Origin: Schmidtea polychroa
Lineage: Eukaryota
Length of the DNA stretch: 64,000 nucleotides
Direction of reading: 5' to 3'
Assembly (NCBI GenBank): GCA_044892525.1
Contig: CM097887.1
Coordinates: 61,752,001 to 61,816,000 of the forward strand
Part shown: positions 39,061 to 53,322 of the stretch, in pieces
How positions within the stretch are numbered: the stretch's first letter is position 1
Layout: every line of letters starts with the position of its first letter
Translations under genes and position numbers: made by a program
The notes under the pieces: model-generated
Databases searched by the model: none
What the model was told of the DNA's origin: nothing
Seen by the model: the letters and a program-made list of their open reading frames with translations, nothing else

Positions 39061-39321
39061 CTTTCGTTATCAACAATAAATAATTAAATTATTTAATGCA
39101 AATAGTTTGCGAAATAGTAAAATTAGAGATACTTACAAAATCTATATTTCGATCGATTAAAACTGATTTATGATTATAAAAACAAAACTCATTTACTTTT
39201 TTCTCTGAAATATGGCTGTAATAGATTTACTTAGATTCAAGGGAAAGTAACTATAATTTTAAACTAAAACTTTAGCTGACACCATAAATTAAAAATATAT
39301 AGATATAACATCATAAAATTT

Positions 39322-39474
39322 GGTGTTGTCGAAAAAAAAATCAGATTTAGTAAGGACAAAAAAATCAGTTACTGAAACCGCAGAGGACATCACCAAAACA
39401 ATCACATTTCCATCTGGGTTTTAGCAACGGATTTTTTTGTCCCTACTAAATCTGATTATTTTTTCGACAACACC
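39322..39474. mobile_element. Palindromic MITE (153 bp) with ~58-bp TIRs
   Basis: GGTGTTGTCGAAAAAAAAATCAGATTTAGTAAGGACAAAAAAATC... pairs with ...GATTTTTTTGTCCCTACTAAATCTGATTATTTTTTCGACAACACC; TTT on both flanks. Confidence 0.85.
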
Positions 39475-40334
39475 TTTGCAAATGAGAACAATAGACATTT
39501 TCTATCTTGTTACTTATAATATCTGGCCGACACCGACAATTTATCATTTTACATAAACAGAGGAAAAATTTAGCGGTGACACCCGTTGATTCAAATGTTT
39601 TCTGAAAATCTTTACAGAAATTTTAAATCAACGAATTTTTCATTAATTTGAAAGTTTTCATATTTTTTTTGATGTTTAAAAGAGAGTAATTTGACAGTAA
39701 TTAGTCATTTAACGATAAATCAAAGGTGAAAACCACTGAATCCATCGAAAAATCTTTAAGATCAAAAACATAGGGAAAACGTTGATTTAGCATCCGAAAA
39801 GAAGTAAATCAACAGATGTAATTTTTGTGTGTGTTGTTTTCAAGTTTTATGCACCTCCAAGGGCCCCCTTTCAAAACCGGGCACGAGAAAAATACCCTTC
39901 TCTCCTCCTCTGTTCGGCCCTAGTAATGAGCTTCAATATTTTTCAACGAGCATTGAAGTGAATTCGTTACCAAAAGATGTACTAGATTTTGTTTGTGAAA
40001 AAAGTCCTATATATATATCTATCCAAATATTTAGATTATCTTAAGAATATTAAACGTTACTTGTTATATTGATGTGTTGAAAGACGTTTTAATTCATTTT
40101 AAATAGACTCTTTGCAGTGTAGGTTGCATTGCTGGCAAGCTAAAACAAATTCATAGGTTTCCAATTTCTAGTTCTGATCATGTATTCGTGGGAGTGAATC
40201 CAAAAATATTATAAACGCAATGAATAAATAAACAGGTTGTCAAAATAACTTTTATTGTTTTTTAACATTTATACTTAAATACTTAATCAAAAACAAGTCT
40301 TTTACAAAAAAAATTAATTTGAACATATTTTATT

Positions 40335-42862
40335 GTTAAGCACCACTCAAATCCCCTCTGTCCATTGAAGTTAGAAAATCCTCTTAATTAATCACAATTA
40401 AAATTGAAAAACACGAACACAAAAGAATAAAAATTCGACAAATATATTTATTAATAACTATTAAAAATAAAGATAATTATCAAATATTATTAATTATTTC
40501 TTTTATTGGACTCTATAACCAATTATAATTAAAAATCACTAATCAATATAAAAATTAATTACTCTTGAATTTCTTTGTTTTAAACGGCTGAAACTGTTTG
40601 CCGCTGATTTTGTCTTGAAAATAAAATTGAAAATAAAAATTACCGACTAAAAAACTAATCACCATTACCTGAACCGGTTTTCGTGAATTCTTTAATCGAC
40701 TGATCATAATTATAAGGCTTAACCTCACGCTGCCTTTTCATTGGTCGAGGTTCTTTTATTGGCTGTTTGTCTTGTATTACATCTTTAAAATTACCAATTG
40801 ATTCCGCCAAATTTTCACTGGTCACTTGCGACTGATTACAATTATCGATCGGCGAATTGTCAATTATCTCCACATCCGATTCCGAGTCCTCTAGGACGAC
40901 TGCCTCGGAGCCCACATCAGCTTCATTATCGATATCGATCGGTTTCTCAACCGGCACTGTCTCCATTGGATGGTGTTTCAAATACACTTTAACCATATCG
41001 ACCTCAAACGGTTCACTTTTCGACCAGTTTCTCCACAAAATCAATTCTTTCTCCTTCATAATCTGTGAGATTTCTTTCTCATCGACAGTGATTTCCAAAC
41101 TATCACCGACTGTCTCGGTTCGATCGTGCTTACTCAACAGAACATCTAGAATATTCTTCGCAGCAATTGTCTTTTTCTCTTGTGGCGCCATTGATTCGTT
41201 GTAGGCTTCCAGGCAGATTTTCTGGAAATCGTAAACGTATTTCCTAAGCAGAAGCAATTTCCAATCCTGTGAACAACATGCAAGAACACCGGAGGTTTCT
41301 CGGGGAAGATTTTGGGCAATCGATAAGAGATTCCTATTGGGCAGGACAAATTGGCAGCTTTCGTCTTCTTCTCGTGCGATGTTGTCCCGGAGTTCCCATA
41401 ATCGCTTTAGCGCATACAATTGGCGAGGATTGAACGTTTCGCTGGATTTCTTATACAACTCACTGCATTCATTGAGATCGCAAGCCGGTTTGTAATACAG
41501 TTTATAGCATAATTTGTGACTGATTTGGAATGCGGTTTCGATTAAATTCCGCTCGGATAATTCGATTCTCATCATGTCGTAAATGAATAAGAGATAGTGA
41601 GTATCGGTTCTGGCATATTCGATTAATTCTGCGATCAACGGCCGAATTCTCCAATCAGTAAGTCGCTGGTATTCTTTGTTGGCTTGGATTTTACAGTATT
41701 TCTCTAATAGGTAACTCAGAGATTTTCGTGGGAAATTCAATAATTCACACGCGTGACCCGTGTCGAATAGATTGACAACATAGACTCCAAAATCACGCTG
41801 TAACCACATCAAATCGGAATTTGAGCCGTGGAATACTTTAACAATAGAAGGATCTGTGAATATTTCATTTAGTATTTCCAGGTGGTCATGGAGAGCGAGA
41901 GTGTCGATGATATAATCAGAAAATCTGCATGATATCTGTATGAGACAAGTAATTCCGAGATAAGTACGAATATTGTGATGTTCGAGATCGACTGAAATTT
42001 CTTTTACTGACTTTAATCTGTTGATTAGACGTTGCAGCTGATCGAAAGTTTCGATATATTCATATGGCGTTTCATCGAGAGTTTTGGGGAATTCTGGGTT
42101 TGAAATACAGTTAAATTGCTGATTGGGAATAACAAAACTATCTAATTCCATTTGGTATGGATGTGGATAACTTTCATCATTGCTATTGATAAGACTATCT
42201 GCCAGTGATTGAATTGCATTTGGTTTTTTGGTTAGAATAGGTCGAAATGAAATTTTACTATTGTCTGCACGTTTAGCAAACTTTAATTGAGGTCTTTCGA
42301 CTTGAACAGATGATAATAATTTTATAGTTTGTTGTGGGGTCATTTTAGTACCATCGTGCGGCATAGATGGAATTTTATTATTGTATTCAACCATTACCAT
42401 TTGTGTCGTAGGTTTGGCATTTGGATTTTCAATCAAGGTAATGAAATTATTACATTTATCTAATAATCTATCATTCACTTCAACTAAAATATTAAACTTG
42501 TCTTCTAATCCTTTCTTTTCTGCAGTATCCAATAAATTTCCTTTTCCATCTTGTTTGTCAATTAATTGTTGAATACTAAATTTAGAAAATTAAAAAAATT
42601 CTTTGTTACAAATTACCTGTTTAAAACTTTTAAAGAAAGACCATTCAAGACTTTTTTATATTGTGGGTGGTCATTAAAAATACTTTCTTCTGAATGACCT
42701 TTGACTGGGAGATCAAATGAACTTTTAAGACATTTGCTCAAATTTGTTACTGCAGTCTAAATTATAAGTTCTTTATTTGTTATTATTAACAACTTGAAAA
42801 ATAACCTTCATAAAATTTGTAATAGCAGGATTAAGAGTAATTGTTGCATTATCAGAAATCAT
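40335..42862 (-). CDS. EXOSC10: Exosome component 10 / RRP6 (PMC2NT, DEDDy exonuclease, HRDC)
   Basis: Exons 42862-42806, 42756-42617, 42575-40669, 40613-40563 and a last exon near 40380-40335 (acceptor ambiguous); short introns of 49, 41 and 55 nt. Motifs YPHPYQMEL, ISVDLEHHNIRTYLGITCLIQIS, KVFHGSNSDLMWLQRDFG, YARTDTHYLLFIYD, ARxEDES..FVLPN. Confidence 0.96.
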
Positions 42863-43452
42863 TGTAATATATTAAATTATAACAGCATAAAATTAAGTAT
42901 TAAAGAGTATTTAAACAAATTTTCTGTTCTTGTACATATATAGAGAGGATACATAGAATTTGCATTTAAAAGTTGTATTTTTTTGTAGAAATAAAGTTTT
43001 TTAATTTAATGCCAAAGCTCGACTAAATCTTACTACCCCAAATTTGTCATGAAAATAAAGAGAAAAACTATTTAATGATGAAAACGAATTTCATTTTAAA
43101 CGCTTATTGTGAATATCATAAATTTAATATAGTGTTATCATTTACAAATTTGGAAAAATAAACATTAAAAAATAAATGCAAAAATAGAAACACTATTTTG
43201 GATTATTCGTCTAATTTGGCCAAAAGGAAAATATACGGTGAATAATATAGAAACATCAAATTTAAATTAAAAATTATTGATAATTATTTAAAAAATTTAT
43301 TTTAAATTGTAAAAAATTTAAATATTAATAAATATATTATTAAAGTCATAATAACTATTAAATTTTTAAAGCTTATTCCACACAACCTAAATAGATTTTA
43401 CACATAACCAACGATTATAATTTCAAAAACAAACACACTACAACAAATCATA

Positions 43453-44500
43453 TGTTGGGTTTTGGATTATTTCAAGTCGGTTCTCTCTGACTCCTGTGTT
43501 CTTTAAATCAAAACAATGAACGACCCAACGTATATTGAAACAACAGGTTCACAATTTATTATCACGCTACAATTACCAATCAAAGTTTTATACGATACTC
43601 CGCTCGGCGTTGATGCTTTGCAAATAAATAATATTCACCTTTTTGTCCTTTCGATTCTCTTGACTCTCGTTTTCCTCGGTTTATGTTTGGTTTGATTCCT
43701 TTCACCTTTTCGTATTCTTAATTCTATTTCTTCTTTTCCCTACTTCCCTAAATTCGTTTTTACCTCTCGACTATTCTCGATTCTTCTTACCCTACCTGAG
43801 GCAAAATGCCGATTTTCTCTGATTTTCCCTTTGCTTATATACTCCTCGAAATCAGGATGACAAATGGTTATTGCCGAGCCAATCTTTCGTTTGACATTTT
43901 CTCCTACGTGTTTGCTTCGGCTGTCACCCATAATGGTCCAACGAATTCAGATAATTAATGGCCCTACCGGTCTTCCTACGCGTGCTATCTTCTCCTTACT
44001 CTTTTCCCATTAATCATTGTGTCTAGCTAATGGGCCCAATTCTTCCTTTTGTTTGCCTTTCTTCTTGTTTACCCAGCTCGGGTTTCCTTTATCTCTCGGG
44101 TTCTCCATTGGCTCGGGTTTCCCATTAGCTCGGGTTTTCCATTAGCCAATTAATTAATTAATTAACGTTTTCTGTTTTCATACATTCGAATGTTTTTCGA
44201 CCCTTCCTAACCCTTTTCTGATAAATCCCTAACCATCATCTTGTTGACCATTAGCTAATCTATACCTGTCCCGTTTTTCCCATTCGATTTCGATGATTTT
44301 TCCATTTACTGATTTTTCTCGGATTTCCGGATTCTCGCCTTTCGTAATTGCTTTTTGCATTTTCTAATACTGTTTCCATCACACTTTCCTTTACTATTGA
44401 TTCTGTGCACGATCCCGCTTTTATTTGCCTTTTTTCCTCGCTTACTTTCCATTTGAATTATTATCCTAAATTTTATTTAAATTTTAATTTTAATTTACAG
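43453..44500 (-). mobile_element. Degenerate LTR-like element (purine-rich gag-like region, possible protease fragment); same family as 60159-60900
   Basis: Shares TGTTGGGTT..CAAGTCGGT..CTGACTCC..GTGTTCTTT and tandem ATTAGCTCGGGTTT(C/T)CC units with 60159-60900; weak YKTLIGNCSVIIN protease-like segment. Confidence 0.5.
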
Positions 44501-44566
44501 ACCTCAACACATATAAATTCGACGGTCTTTTGATGGGGTGAATGAGCAAAAGACGATAGTTTAGAA

Positions 44567-45673
44567 CAGGGGTGTCCTACTCGTGGCCCGCCGAGGTCTT
44601 CTATGAAGTGGCCCGCAACGTTATTCCAAAAATATTTGTCACTCCATGTTTTTCGTTAATTTTTAATCATTACAAACGGCGATATAAGACACTGTGATGT
44701 ATTTCACGCGCGCATGAAGTGTGAAGGTGTCCGAATGACTATTTTCGGTTGGTAAAAATCGATTTATTTTGCTAGCCTACATATGAAAATTTTGGTGTGA
44801 AGGGGTGATATATTTGTGCTACAGCGGCGCCATTACGATCACATTTAGAACGCTTCCGCAAGCGGAATTAACTGTTTCACACTATGGATAGAAAAAAAGA
44901 GCCATTTCTCAGTTGCTGCTGCACGAACTGGAATCGGTCAGGCAGGTTTTGCAAAAAAACGGGTATTGCTCAACTTACTTACAAATACTAAAATATTGCT
45001 GTTAAAAAATATAAATTAATCGATTTTTAACTAATATGTATTTTTATTTCACAGAGAAAAATGGCGGAGAATATGAATATTAGGAAAAAACGAAAGATTG
45101 ACGCAGAAGGAAGACTTTTCAAAGCATCTTGGACTGTATACTATTTTGTAATGGAACAATTGCCGTTGCAAAGGAGTACAATGTTAAGCGACATTTTTCA
45201 ACAAAGCATGGCGACAGGTACAACAGCCTGACTGGTCAAATTTGAATTGATCGCGTGAACTCGTTGAAACAGAGCGTCTTCGGACAGCAGTCATTGTTTA
45301 CAGCAGTCAGCAACAAGTCTGATGCTTCAACCAAAATAAGATTTTAATAGCTGAAGCTATAGCTAGGCTTTTCCGATAGTGAATTTGTTAATGAATGCTT
45401 CAGGCTGTAAAAGTAAAAGGTTGGCCATAATATCTATCGAATTTTTTTCCAGGACACATGATTAAATTTTTATTATTTATTATTTTTAATTATAATTATG
45501 CTAAAAAATAATACTATTGTATTGCGGTTTATTTATTAAGTATAATAGTAATATTCGTACCAAATTACGATCATATATTCTGATGCGGTCAACTACCCAT
45601 ATTTACATATGGTCCCCGGACCTTTTAAATTTTTGAAATATGACCCCCAACGCAAAAAGGTTGGACACCCCTC
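44567..45673 (+). mobile_element. Non-autonomous hAT-Charlie/SPIN-like element with truncated transposase
   Basis: TIRs CAGGGGTGTCCTA / TTGGACACCCCTC; perfect 8-bp TSD GTTTAGAA (44559-44566, 45674-45681). From 45061: MAENMNIRKKRKIDAEGRLFKASW...KEYNVKRHFSTKH. Confidence 0.9.
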
Positions 45674-46517
45674 GTTTAGAAAATAAACAGATTGCAGGGA
45701 TACCACAATAAGAAGCAAATATCTAGCAGGCGGCCAAGCGAGAGGGTGAAATGAAATATAATCGAATTAACGTCAGTTTCAAAATCAGATGAAGAATTTG
45801 AAGGCGTCACACGCCTACCGACCCAAGAAATATCAGTCATGCAGAATGGAGGCGGGTAACCTGAAAATAAGTCTATGGGAAAGCAGTTATCGACAACAGT
45901 AAAGATTCGAGATCGAAGGATCCTGCAATTAGACCATAATGCAGAGTGCAGTCAAAGACGGAGACAAGCGTATTGTTGGGCTAGAACTTAATTCTAAACT
46001 CGAAATCTTGCAAATGTGATGGAGTGTGGTGGCACATAAGACGAAGACTTATCATTAAGTTTATTTAAATAGAAAATATGCAACATCAAATAAACAATAA
46101 TAATTAAAGAGTAAGAATAACCAAAAAATGGAAAACATCTAAATTAAGAAATAAAATAAACAAATGCAAGAAGTACCACATGAAAACTGACTCAAATATA
46201 ACAGAAAAATATAAAGTACAAAAACAAACTCGAATGAAGTCGAGAACAGATTATCCATTTACGAGTAATGTTATCTCAAATAACCATTATACAAGAAAAC
46301 AATTGCACTCCGAGAAACCGCTTCTTATCAGGATTATTTACTCTACAAATACCAATGATGTTCCAGTAAATAGTTTTTGGTTACCATCCTCAAATTGTCT
46401 CAACATCACTAAAACATATATATCTAATGATATAACTAAATAATTTGGAAATATATATATATTTACAAATTGTCCTGTTTATCCTCTGTCAATAAATAAT
46501 TAATCAAATAAAAAAGT

Positions 46518-46865
46518 CAGTGGTTCTCACCCCGTGTTCCGCGAAAAAAATGACATTTTATCATTAAATTTGCATTTAAGATACATATCATCAAAAACCT
46601 CAATTAATTTTTTTATAGGATGATTCAATAATAAAGCCGTTACACAGATATATAAACATACAAAGATAAAAGTGTTTTTATTGCTTGTTATTGTTGCGCG
46701 TGGTATTTTCTTTGCTTATAAGAAGGCATAGTTTACGTTGTCGACAGATTTATAGTAATTTGTGATTGATCACTCATTATGGGCAAGTATTTTTTTTGTC
46801 AGTGTTCCGCGTAAAAAAATCATGTGAATGGTGTTCCGCGCTTTTATATTAATTGAGAACCACTG
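46518..46865. mobile_element. hAT-Charlie MITE
   Basis: TIRs CAGTGGTTCTCA / TGAGAACCACTG; flanks AAAAAAGT / AAGTAAGT; repeated GTGTTCCGCG subterminal motifs. Confidence 0.8.
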
Positions 46866-47563
46866 AAGTAAGTAATCAAAATTCACTAATGACAAAGATT
46901 GAATTGTTTTGTGAATAATTTGGTAGTTCACAAATCGATATTTTTTGTATTTCACGATTTAATTTTCATTATCAATTTATCAAACTTTCCCTTTTGAAGG
47001 ATTACCTTTAGACAAAACAGAACTGCAAGAAGTTGCTGACAACTGAGTACAAAGTGATTCAAGTGATCATGATCTTGACTTCTCTGAATTAAATAATAGA
47101 ACTTAAAAAGATTAAGAGATCCCTAGCGAAAAATCACCAAATTTATAATCTGATTGAATACATATTATATTTATGTAAAAATTACACTTTTAATAAACAA
47201 TGGTCATGTCACAAAAATGTGTTATTCTATCATTTCTTAAAAAATTATCAATTTCAATTAAAAGTTCGCCATTATACTGTTAATGTTAGTAATACAGTGT
47301 ACCAGTGAATCAGTGAGAATGATCATCATTGTTGTATTGAATTTTACTAAATGTCTGCAATTAATATCAACGATCAATTTTCAGCGTGTACTATAACAAA
47401 AGACTTTGGTATTTGTCACTCAGCACTCTGGCTTTCTGAAATTACTCTAAGAATTTGTTGAACATACTCGCAAGCACACAAAAATGCTGTATTGTTGTAA
47501 CGGAGCGTGTAACGAGTTGGTATAAAAATAAAATTATTCATTAAAATTTTTCTCTAGTTTGGA

Positions 47564-50500
47564 ATGAATATTTTGACTTTTCTTATATTTGGATTGTTCA
47601 GTTTAATATCTGCAGAATCTCCAATTGACCTGGATGAACAAATTCAAGGCTACCCACATATTATCAGTCAAACATCGAAATGTAGACCAATTGAAGGAAA
47701 TTATAAATCTTTGATAACATATGTTTGTGATCCTGATAAGCTCCTGGATGTTAATCAAAGCAAGTATTTTTAAATTAAAATTATAGCAAAATTTTGTATT
47801 TAAAGAAAATAAATAAAGAATTTTTAGATTGTATACATTTTTAATTAAATGGTAAAAATATGAATAGCTTTGGTTATTTCATTGATCTGTAATTATTGAG
47901 ATCAAAATAAATTTAATTATACTTTTTCGGTTCTTACAAAAATATCTGATTTTCGTGTTTCACTTTTATATAATATTTTCTCTTTTCGAATAAAAATGAA
48001 TCAATTAAATTGTGCTTATTTATTGTCATTTGAAAAAAAGTAAATTTCAATATAAGAATATAATAAAAATATTTATATAAATTCAATATTTATTTAAATT
48101 TAATTCAATATTAATTAATTCAATATTTATTTAAATTCAATTCAAAATATTTTTTTATTCAAAATTGTAAAGTAAAAATTTTGAAAGTATAAAAAATACA
48201 AAATATGAAAATTTAAATTATTTTTGTCATGATTAAATTTCCATGGTTCTAGTTAATTCATTGAATGATATGATCGAATCAGTGAGAAAAGATATCAATG
48301 TGGGAGAGCCAGATTGCAGTGCTGATAAACCGAAGCCAACTATTGCAATTGCACTTGTTAAAAAGATGGTCATCCCAGAGTAAGATCATGAAAAATTAAA
48401 ATAATAAATCTTAATTACTTAACAAATTATTGATTTTACCTTTCAGTTTAATTATTTTAATTATTTCAAATTTCAAAAAATTTTCTGAAGAAAATTAGAA
48501 ATTAGTATTATTTTATAATTAATTTTAAATAAAAATTTTTATATTATATTTATATAGAAAGGTGTGAAAAGTCATGAATCGCGTTAATAAATTATTTTTT
48601 GAATAAACTTTAAATAAAAATTTCAGAAAATTTAACTTTAACATTGAGTATTTTTAAAATATTTATTTGCTAATAAATAAATTGTAATATATATCATAAA
48701 TTAATCTTGATCCTTAATAATTCAATAATTATCAAAAAATTTATCCTAATTTTTTTTCGTTTTTAACGCCATCTCAAAAAAATTTGGAACCTCTGCATTA
48801 ACTAAGTAGGAAATTTTAAAGATAAAAGTAAATATAATATTTTCAAATTGATGCGGGATTTCAAGTAAGGCATGAATTTCAAATACAAATTTCAAATTCA
48901 AATTATTGAGGATACCTAAATGAAAAATAACATAATAAATAAATAAATTACCTGGGGGGAAGATCGTCATGACAAATCGGACGATCTATGGGAACTCAGA
49001 AAAGAAAACAGAAGTAAAAAGAAGTTAAAAATGAGAAAGAAAAATTAAAGTAAAGAAAACAAACAAGAAATTAAAACAAATGTTATTATTAATTAAGAAG
49101 TACAAATGAAGGTGGAATTTCAAATTCCAGAAAAACAAAATATGGGAAAAAAGCCGTATCTTGACAGCCTGTCAAAGATAACGGAATTTCCAGGAGAAGG
49201 CGGCTTAACAAAAAAGGGAAAAGAAAAAATATCTCGACATCTGTCACAAATAAGGCTGACGTAGCGGGGAACACAGAAGAAAATGGAAATGGGAAAACAA
49301 AATCTGTCGTTAGTACCACAAATAAAATAACTATATAAGGAAAACTGGTGGACACGAAATCAGGACAAAATTTGGAAAAGTAGGAACAAAATTTGAGACA
49401 ATTTGAGAAACAATTCGTGAGACAATTTGAAGTATAGAGAGAAATTTGGGAGATAAAATTATTGGAGAAAAATTAGACAACGTCGGACGAAACGTTGCTG
49501 GAGAAACGATTGTGAAGAATAATTTTTGGAGAAGATTTGAATAAAAGAATTAGTTGAAAAATTAAACGAAAAGAAGTGACTTGAGTATTTGAATAAATTT
49601 GTGAAGAAGGTCAAATTAAACAACCAGCTCAAAGTCCCAGTTGATAAACCAATCAGTAATTTGTGATCTTTTAATCCGGTGTTATACGCAAGTGCTATTC
49701 CTCACTGAGTGTTGTAATAAGCATTGTATAGTCACCAAGTAGAGGGGGTTGAATTGATTGTCAGTGTAAAGTGAAAGTTTATTTGTGATTATCAATAAAG
49801 ATTTCTGTTGTCAAGTCATATTTGTGGATCGGTCGAAGATCACCAACTCAATAACCCAACAAAATAATGGAAATACCGAGAATCGAAAGAGAGAACAAAC
49901 AAGACCGAAATAATTAATAACAGTTTCAAATATAAATAACAAATCAAAATCAATACAAATTGCCAGTTTTGATCGAGAAATGACAGAGTTAGGTGCATAA
50001 GTATATCAGAAATAAAAAATGTTTATCTGCCAATTGGATTGAGTGAAGGATTTCCTAGGATGGTTTGCTAATGTTGAAAATTGTAATTGTTGTTGGTGGA
50101 ATTTGTGGTTTTTAAAATATAGATAATATCGATATATATACTTATTGTTTTGTTAAAATAAAATTTTAATTTGTTGGATCTTAATTAGTCGATATAAGAG
50201 CGCATGAAGTGATAACCTAGAATTTATTATAAATGCAAAACTTTAAGAATAAATATTCATAAAATTAATTTACAAATCTAAAATCAAGAAAAATAATATC
50301 TTGAGATTTGGAACAATAATTTCTAAAACTGCTTGAATAGGGTCATCGAATTCCAATAAATATTTTCCTTAATATCCACTCTTTTATAAATTTAACAAAC
50401 ATTTTTTTTCCATTTCAGAAATTCCAAAACTGAAGAGTTGATGAGCTTCGGTTCCGTGTTTTCATATTCATTATTTAGGAATTGGAATTTGCAAGTCAAT

Positions 50501-52585
50501 TGTAAAAGTGATCCAGATAAAATAATTATCTTCTATTCAAAAGACGACAGTGTGGTAAGTATTTATTGTTTAAATGATGAATTAAATTGTTTATATTTAC
50601 TCACGTCTAGCGTAAATAGTGAAATATTAATTTTATTTTACGAGGCACAAACAATTTATTGAATAATAGGACAACAAATGCATACAGTAACTGTCAACAT
50701 ATTTGTTAAGTCAATTATCATTAATACGATTTCAATAAAAATTATATTTATAAAATTTTGACAGTAGTTTAATATATTGAACACATTACCAACTCAGTCC
50801 ATGAACAAGTTCGGTAAATTCTCGTAAATGACAAGGTCCAAAATCATTCAAATACAGAAAAAAGAGTTGAAGGGCTACGGGGTTGCGATCTATCAATGGA
50901 TATAAAAATTGATTAGAAATGTCCGCATTTAAGTAAGCGATCGCCAGCTTCAACAAATTCTAATTCCATTTTAAGGGCACTAATTGCTAAATAATTAAAA
51001 TTATTTAGATAAGGAGTAGGCAAATACGAGTTCACTGCCAGATCCGGTATTTTATATGAATTTATTTGGTCTGTATTTACTTAATAAACATACAAAAGTT
51101 TTAAGAGTTGCAGATGCGTTTCTTTAGTTAGTCAATTACCGGCAATTATCCATAAAATTATCAATCTATCCCATCATATGCACTAAATGTCAACATCTGA
51201 TTTAGATTTCCTACACGATTGGCGAAGAGTACCGATTCAAAAAAAGCCTAACTTATTGAAAAATTATATCGAATAATAACATCTCGTTAATATTAAAAAC
51301 TAATTTCGGAATATAATTCCCTCTTTCAATTATGGCTTTTAAAGTTTCTAGAAAAGTTGAAGTCACAGCAATATCTGCACTTGCAGCTCCCATGGTGATT
51401 GTGGAGAGTGATTCTTTTTTATTTTATCGAACCAACCTCTGCTAAATTAAAAGTTTTCACTAAGGTTTCTTCTTTGCATTTATATTTGATTACAATTACT
51501 TGTGGCTTTTTGCATGATTGTTGCCTCGATATCGTTGATGTCTCGATATTTGAGAGTCCCAACTTAACAGGTTCTTATATCAAATAACTAAGATAAGACT
51601 TTTATAATAAAATATATTTAACAACAAAATTTACTGATTCAAAAATTTGATTTAAAGTATGGTGCGAGTATGTAAATTGTTATATGTTATGTAATGATCA
51701 TTTCTTAAAGAAAAAGATGTTTAGCGTTGCTCTTCTATGTTTCTCCGAGGTCTACCTCTTCAATTAAAGTTCGCTCAAATTTTTGGCGCTTTGTAATAAT
51801 TTAACGGTTATATACTGCTTTTGCCTAAGAACTAAAAAACCGCCGTCATCTACGCATTACTATTAAAGTTGTGAGACCACGGAAACTAAGACATTTTTCA
51901 AACAAATCTTTAACATAGAAGGAATTATCACATATTTCAAAGTAGAGGGTTTTTGTACAGAATTTTATTTTCTACAAAACTGTCAGATTATAATTTTGAA
52001 TTTACACAAGTGACGAACGTATAAACGCAGCCAACTTTAAACTTTGTGCTTCTCATACTTTAATATTTCTCTGGTCAAAATATAACTTATCATTATAATT
52101 TAAAACCCTTTGAATTTTATTTTAAAATAAAGATATACATTTTTAAAAAAATATATGTTTAAAGTGTCGGAAATTTTTTTTTGTCCGGAGCTACGTAAAT
52201 GTTAGAGAGGGCGCTGCTTACCCAGCCTTAATAGCTGACACCGGATGTTATTTAGATCTGTATAAATAAGTTGTAGCTGACCCATAAGATACTTTTTGAC
52301 ATACGCTAGAATAAAAATAAAAACAATTTATTGAAATATTGTTATAGTACCAAAAAACAAATACTTAACACAATATTTTAACTTTTTATAAAAATATACT
52401 TAGCAATTTTAAATATTAAAATTGCTTTAAAAATGTCATTTATACTTTCAGTTGTATATCTTTGTTGGTAAAAAACTAAAGGCTAGACTAAATACAAATA
52501 AACTTTTGGAAATCATAAACGATTCGAAGCCTGCTTTCACAAATGGTTTGTATCAAGGTCTCACAGCTGTTATTGCCAGATTAAA
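47564..52585 (+). CDS. MOLO-1-like (TPM-domain) protein with signal peptide; 3' exons unresolved
   Basis: Exons 47564-47759, 48253-48379, 50419-50554, 52452-52585 join in frame (first intron needs a GC donor). Signal MNILTFLIFGLFSLISA; YPH...C...YVCDPDKLL; IAIALVKKM; WNLQVNC..KIIIFYSKDD; LYQGLTAVI. Confidence 0.75.
51250..51600 (-). mobile_element. pogo/Tigger transposase fragment
   Basis: SRGWFDKIKK followed, with a frameshift, by GAASAD, matching the Tigger ASRGWFxxFKKR...GEAASAD motif. Confidence 0.6.
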
Positions 52586-53184
52586 GTAAGTAAATAATTA
52601 TTTATTGTCTTAACGCTTTGATGGTGAGAATGTTTTTTAATGGGGAGCACTTTCGTGTTCAAACCAGGTCATGGCTAATTGCTTACAGGTAATGTCTAAA
52701 ACACAAATATTTGTGCAAAAATATTAAAAATCACAAATAATTTTATAAAAAGTGATATAGCAAAATGGTTTTGATCTCTCATAAATTTTCTACAGAGTGT
52801 AAGATATTGACAATCTTTCCTAGCTAATTCTCGATTTTGCAAAGTAATACAAATTTAGACCAAACCCACCAATTGTTTCTGCACTCTAAGCAGAAGAAGT
52901 GCCCGCTTAGCCCTCGTATCGGCGCTATATTTAGACAAGATTACAAAAGTTAAGAACCTTCAATTTATAAATGACCCAGGCCAGAATCTGGCGCATAACA
53001 CCCGAATCCATTCAAAGTGCGCATATTATTGTAAAGTAGGTGCTATTTGTGTGGGATTGTTAAAATAAATGAAGGATAATTGGTTTAACACAAAAATCTG
53101 ACTCCAAATAAATAGATAATTATAATATAAATAAATCAAATAAGAACGTGTTTCTAAATGGATATTTTTTTTATTAGGTATTAA

Positions 53185-53322
53185 CCACTTAATGTACACA
53201 TTTATTTTGAATTTTGTGTCAAAAACTTATCTCAAAAACTTGTTTCTATACGAATATTAGAACTCCTAAGTAAATATGTATAATGTTCACCCGTCTATGT
53301 CACGGGCGCGTACATTAAGTGG
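53185..53322. mobile_element. piggyBac-type MITE with TTAA TSD
   Basis: TTAA|CCACTTAATGTAC ... GTACATTAAGTGG|TTAA. Confidence 0.85.
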
